A DNA stretch of 64,000 bases from the NCBI RefSeq assembly GCF_003018235.1, contig NZ_CP027439.1, one strand, 5' to 3'. Below, one piece after another: positions 59,886-64,000 of this stretch. Each line of letters begins with the position of its first letter. The stretch's first letter is position 1. Under the pieces are notes generated by a model. The model saw only the letters and a program-made list of their open reading frames with translations. It was not told the DNA's origin and searched no databases. The position numbers were made by a program, and so were the translations under genes. The DNA comes from Escherichia coli (lineage in GTDB: Bacteria; Pseudomonadota; Gammaproteobacteria; Enterobacterales; Enterobacteriaceae).

Positions 59886-60417
59886 ATCACTGTTGTTCAC
59901 CCTGTTGCTGGCATCCGCTGCCGTGCAGGCCTCCACCCGGGATGAAATTGAACGACTCTGGAATCTGCAGGGCATGGCCGCGCAGCCTGCACAACCGGCA
60001 GCAGGCACGTCAGCCAGGACAGAAAAGCCAGCCCCCCGCTGGTTCCGCCTCAGCAACGGCAGGCAGGTTAACCTGGCCGACTGGAAGGTGGTGCTGTTTA
60101 TGCAGGGGCATTGCCCTTACTGTCACCAGTTTGACCCGGTACTGAAACAGCTGGCACAGCAGTACGGCTTTTCCGTTTTTCCCTACACCCTGGATGGTCA
60201 GGGGGATACCGCCTTTCCGGAGGCATTGCCGGTGCCACCGGACGTGATGCAGACCTTCTTCCCGAATATCCCGGTGGCCACACCGACTACCTTCCTGGTC
60301 AACGTCAACACGCTTGAGGCATTACCGCTTTTACAGGGGGCAACGGATGTTGCCGGTTTTATGGCGCGGATGGATACCGTTCTGCAGATGTACGGAGGGA
60401 AAAAAGGTGCGAAATAA
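59872..60417 (+). CDS. trbB: Periplasmic thiol-disulfide isomerase TrbB
   Basis: 181 aa with the CPYC active site. Confidence 0.9.
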   Translation: MSLIKSLLFTLLLASAAVQASTRDEIERLWNLQGMAAQPAQPAAGTSARTEKPAPRWFRLSNGRQVNLADWKVVLFMQGHCPYCHQFDPVLKQLAQQYGFSVFPYTLDGQGDTAFPEALPVPPDVMQTFFPNIPVATPTTFLVNVNTLEALPLLQGATDVAGFMARMDTVLQMYGGKKGAK

Positions 60418-60709
60418 GCAGGTGGTGTTACTCATTGCCGGAATATCCGGCATCGCGACGGGAATAATCGTCAGCCTGAATATCCCCTTTATCCATCAGG
60501 GGCTTTTTTATCCCGCCAGCCCTGTAGAAATTGTCGTTTCGCTGTGCCTTACCTTTTCTGTTTCTGTTGTGTTTTTTGTGGGGGCAATTGTGGGATGGAT
60601 TTCGGTGTCTGAAATATATTACAGCCGCAGGACTGGACGGAAATATCGGGATATTCCTGCTGAAATGTCGTATGCGCCGGGAGAACACATTAAGGGAGGG
60701 CAAGAATGA
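60407..60709 (+). CDS. trbJ: TrbJ (start uncertain)
   Basis: GTG 60407 has GGAGGGA 6 nt upstream. The product is a membrane protein. The longer ORF-track start lies inside trbB. Confidence 0.7.
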   Translation: MRNKQVVLLIAGISGIATGIIVSLNIPFIHQGLFYPASPVEIVVSLCLTFSVSVVFFVGAIVGWISVSEIYYSRRTGRKYRDIPAEMSYAPGEHIKGGQE

Positions 60710-62082
60710 TGCCACGCATTAAACCTCTTCTGGTTCTTTGTGCTGCTTTACTGACGGTCACACCCGCAGCGTCAGCGGATGTGAACAGCGACATGAATCA
60801 GTTCTTTAACAAGCTGGGCTTCGCCTCCAATACCACACAGCCGGGCGTCTGGCAGGGGCAGGCCGCCGGTTATGCTTACGGTGGCTCCCTGTATGCCCGT
60901 ACTCAGGTCAAAAATGTTCAGCTGATTTCCATGACGCTGCCGGATATCAATGCCGGATGTGGCGGCATCGACGCCTATCTCGGCTCGTTCAGTTTTATTA
61001 ATGGCGAGCAGCTGCAGCGTTTTGTTAAGCAGATTATGAGCAATGCTGCCGGTTACTTTTTTGACCTTGCCCTGCAGACAACGGTGCCGGAAATCAAAAC
61101 CGCAAAAGACTTCCTGCAGAAAATGGCAAGCGACATTAACAGTATGAACCTCAGTTCCTGCCAGGCGGCACAGGGGATTATCGGCGGGCTCTTCCCCCGG
61201 ACGCAGGTGTCCCAGCAGAAAGTCTGTCAGGACATTGCCGGTGAGAGCAATATTTTTGCTGACTGGGCGGCTTCCCGGCAGGGATGTACCGTTGGCGGTA
61301 AATCTGACAGCGTCAGGGATAAAGCCAGCGACAAGGATAAGGAGCGGGTGACCAAAAACATTAACATCATGTGGAATGCGCTTTCCAAAAACAGAATGTT
61401 TGACGGCAACAAAGAGCTGAAAGAGTTTGTGATGACGCTGACCGGCTCACTGGTGTTTGGTCCCAACGGCGAAATCACACCGCTGTCAGCCAGAACCACT
61501 GACCGCTCAATTATCCGGGCCATGATGGAAGGCGGCACAGCAAAAATTTATCACTGCAACGATTCTGATAAATGCCTGAAAGTGGTGGCAGACACACCGG
61601 TGACCATCAGCCGGGATAATGCACTGAAGTCTCAGATTACTAAACTTCTGGCCAGCATTCAGAACAAGGCGGTCAGTGACACGCCTCTGGATGACAAGGA
61701 AAAAGGCTTTATTTCCAGTACCACCATCCCCGTCTTCAAATACCTGGTTGACCCGCAGATGCTCGGTGTTTCCAACAGTATGATTTACCAGCTGACGGAC
61801 TATATCGGTTACGACATCCTGCTGCAGTACATTCAGGAGCTGATACAGCAGGCCCGGGCGATGGTGGCCACAGGAAATTATGACGAAGCAGTTATCGAAC
61901 ATATTAACGACAACATGAATGATGCCACCCGGCAGATTGCGGCGTTTCAGTCACAGGTGCAGGTACAGCAGGATGCGCTGCTGGTTGTCGATCGTCAGAT
62001 GAGCTACATGCGTCAGCAGCTTTCCGCCCGCATGCTCAGTCGTTACCAGAACAACTATCACTTCGGAGGGAGCACGCTGTGA
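60706..62082 (+). CDS. traH: TraH
   Basis: 458 aa with a signal peptide. Same length as in F. Confidence 0.95.
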   Translation: MMPRIKPLLVLCAALLTVTPAASADVNSDMNQFFNKLGFASNTTQPGVWQGQAAGYAYGGSLYARTQVKNVQLISMTLPDINAGCGGIDAYLGSFSFINGEQLQRFVKQIMSNAAGYFFDLALQTTVPEIKTAKDFLQKMASDINSMNLSSCQAAQGIIGGLFPRTQVSQQKVCQDIAGESNIFADWAASRQGCTVGGKSDSVRDKASDKDKERVTKNINIMWNALSKNRMFDGNKELKEFVMTLTGSLVFGPNGEITPLSARTTDRSIIRAMMEGGTAKIYHCNDSDKCLKVVADTPVTISRDNALKSQITKLLASIQNKAVSDTPLDDKEKGFISSTTIPVFKYLVDPQMLGVSNSMIYQLTDYIGYDILLQYIQELIQQARAMVATGNYDEAVIEHINDNMNDATRQIAAFQSQVQVQQDALLVVDRQMSYMRQQLSARMLSRYQNNYHFGGSTL

Positions 62083-64000
62083 ATGAAGTTTATGTGATTG
62101 CCGGTGGTGAGTGGTTGCGGAATAACCTGAACGCCATTGCCGCTTTTATGGGAACCAGGACGTGGGATTCCATTGAAAAAATTGCGCTCACATTGTCTGT
62201 TCTCGCGGTGGCCGTGATGTGGGTACAGCGGCACAACGTGATGGATTTGCTGGGCTGGGTGGCCGTGTTTGTGCTTATCAGCCTGCTGGTTAATGTCCGC
62301 ACATCGGTGCAGATTATTGATAACAGTGACCTGGTCAAAGTTCACCGGGTGGATAATGTGCCGGTCGGACTGGCGATGCCACTTTCACTGACGACCCGTA
62401 TCGGGCATGCAATGGTGGCCAGTTACGAGATGATCTTCACGCAACCGGACAGTGTCACCTACAGCAAAACGGGGATGCTGTTTGGCGCAGAACTGGTATC
62501 AAAAAGCACCGACTTTTTGTCCCGGAATCCGGAAATCGCCAATCTTTTCCAGGATTATGTGCAGAACTGCGTGATGGGGGATATTTACCTGAACCACAAA
62601 TATACGCTGGAGGAGCTGATGGCCTCCGCTGATCCCTACACGCTGATTTTTTCCCGCCCCAGCCCGCTGCGGGGCGTTTATGACAGCAATAATAATTTCG
62701 TAACCTGTAAGGACGCTTCGGTTTCGCTGAAAGACAAGCTGAATCTGGACACACAGAGTGGCGGAAAAACCTGGCATTATTATGCCCAGCAGCTATTTGG
62801 CGGACGCCCTGATCCTAACCTGCTGTTCAGTACGCTGATTGGCGACAGTTACAGTTACTTCTATGGCTCAAGTAAATCAGCCAGCCAGATCATCCGCCAG
62901 AATGTCACCATCAATGCGCTGAAGGAGGGGATCACCAGTTATGCCGCACGTAATGGTGATTCGGCCAGCCTGGTGAATCTGGCCACCACATCATCGATGG
63001 AGAAGCAACGTCTGGCACATGTCTCCATCGGTCATGTGGCGATGCGGACACTGCCCATGACGCAGACCATCCTGACGGGGATCGCCATCGGTATTTTCCC
63101 GCTCCTGGTACTGGCGGCTGTCTTCAACAAACTGACGCTGTCCGTCCTGAAAGGCTATGTGTTTGCCCTGATGTGGTTGCAGTCATGGCCAATGTTGTAC
63201 GCCATTCTGAACAGCGCCATGACATTTTATGCAAAGCAGAATGGTGCACCGGTGGTGCTCTCGGAAATTTCACAGATACAGCTGAAATACTCCGATCTGG
63301 CTTCCACTGCCGGGTATCTTTCCATGATGATCCCGCCATTATCCTGGATGATGGTCAGGGGGCTCGGGGCAGGATTTTCCAGTGTGTACAGCCATTTCGC
63401 TTCCTCTGCTATCAGCCCGACCGCCAGTGCAGCAGGCAGTGTGGTTGACGGTAATTACTCCTACGGCAACATGCAGACGGAGAACGTTAACGGCTTCAGC
63501 TGGAGCACCAACAGCACCACGTCGTTTGGTCAGATGATGTACCAGACCGGCAGTGGCGCAACCGCCACACAGACCCGTGACGGTAATATGGTGATGGATG
63601 CAAGCGGAGCGATGTCCCGGTTACCGGTCGGCATCAATGCAACGCGTCAGATTGCGGCGGCACAACAGGAAATGGCCCGGGAAGCATCGAACAGAGCAGA
63701 AAGTGCCCTGCATGGGTTCAGCAGCAGTATTGCCAGTGCCTGGAACACGCTCAGTCAGTTTGGTTCTAACCGGGGGAGCAGTGATTCTGTCACCGGTGGT
63801 GCTGACAGCACGATGAGTGCTCAGGACTCCATGATGGCCAGCCGTATGCGCAGTGCAGTGGAAAGCTATGCGAAGGCGCATAATATCAGTAATGAGCAGG
63901 CGACTCAGGAACTGGCATCAACAAGTACCAGGCTATCTGGTGGAATGTATGCTGATGCTCATGCTGAATGGGGGGTTAAACCTAAAATTCTTGGTGTTGG
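62079..64000 (+). CDS. traG: TraG (pilus assembly / mating-pair stabilisation); 3' end outside the window
   Basis: A GTG start overlaps the traH stop. The translation (M)NEVYVIAGGEWLRNNLNAIAAFMGTRTWDS matches F TraG. The frame is open to the end of the window, so it is absent from the ORF track. Confidence 0.9.
   Translation, partial: MNEVYVIAGGEWLRNNLNAIAAFMGTRTWDSIEKIALTLSVLAVAVMWVQRHNVMDLLGWVAVFVLISLLVNVRTSVQIIDNSDLVKVHRVDNVPVGLAMPLSLTTRIGHAMVASYEMIFTQPDSVTYSKTGMLFGAELVSKSTDFLSRNPEIANLFQDYVQNCVMGDIYLNHKYTLEELMASADPYTLIFSRPSPLRGVYDSNNNFVTCKDASVSLKDKLNLDTQSGGKTWHYYAQQLFGGRPDPNLLFSTLIGDSYSYFYGSSKSASQIIRQNVTINALKEGITSYAARNGDSASLVNLATTSSMEKQRLAHVSIGHVAMRTLPMTQTILTGIAIGIFPLLVLAAVFNKLTLSVLKGYVFALMWLQSWPMLYAILNSAMTFYAKQNGAPVVLSEISQIQLKYSDLASTAGYLSMMIPPLSWMMVRGLGAGFSSVYSHFASSAISPTASAAGSVVDGNYSYGNMQTENVNGFSWSTNSTTSFGQMMYQTGSGATATQTRDGNMVMDASGAMSRLPVGINATRQIAAAQQEMAREASNRAESALHGFSSSIASAWNTLSQFGSNRGSSDSVTGGADSTMSAQDSMMASRMRSAVESYAKAHNISNEQATQELASTSTRLSGGMYADAHAEWGVKPKILGV

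Overview
The window is a segment of an F-type conjugative plasmid of Enterobacteriaceae. This call rests on tra, oriT and leading-region products that match my memory of plasmid F almost residue for residue. No database search was possible.

Layout:
(1) 1-13.1 kb is an accessory island. It holds the 3' two-thirds of an AcrB-family RND pump gene, then three LysR-regulated alcohol-dehydrogenase/short-chain-dehydrogenase modules, interrupted by Tn3-family debris.
(2) 13.1-22.2 kb holds hypothetical genes, one of them split by an IS3-family element with a 3-bp target duplication. It also holds a Rsd/ResD-like tyrosine recombinase, an AT-rich array of small single-gene modules, and a stbDE (RelE/Phd) toxin-antitoxin pair.
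(3) 22.3-29.2 kb is the maintenance region: a DinJ-like protein, a parAB operon with four dispersed palindromic candidate centromere sites, LexA-controlled umuDC, and a RepFIB-like iteron replicon.
(4) 29.5-42.2 kb is the leading region: klcA, an orphan methyltransferase, ssb, a ParB-like protein, psiB, psiA, hok/mok/sok, orf95, orf273, the orf169 transglycosylase and three Frpo/ssi-like repeats.
(5) 42.2-64 kb holds oriT and the tra operon from traM to the 5' two-thirds of traG.

The most interesting candidate for something undescribed is at 16.5-21.6 kb. Eight directly oriented copies of a 24-bp tyrosine-recombinase-type core motif (consensus TGGACAGAA-TAACCT-GAATGTCCA) start 315 bp downstream of the recombinase gene. 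They cut about 3.9 kb into roughly 0.45-0.56 kb modules, each carrying one small expression unit. Two modules are paralogous candidate type I toxin-antitoxin loci: a small hydrophobic peptide plus a convergent antisense sRNA with a near-consensus promoter and a terminator. The logic resembles integron cassettes or Acinetobacter dif modules, but the sites are neither attC nor canonical dif.

No rRNA, tRNA or CRISPR array was seen.
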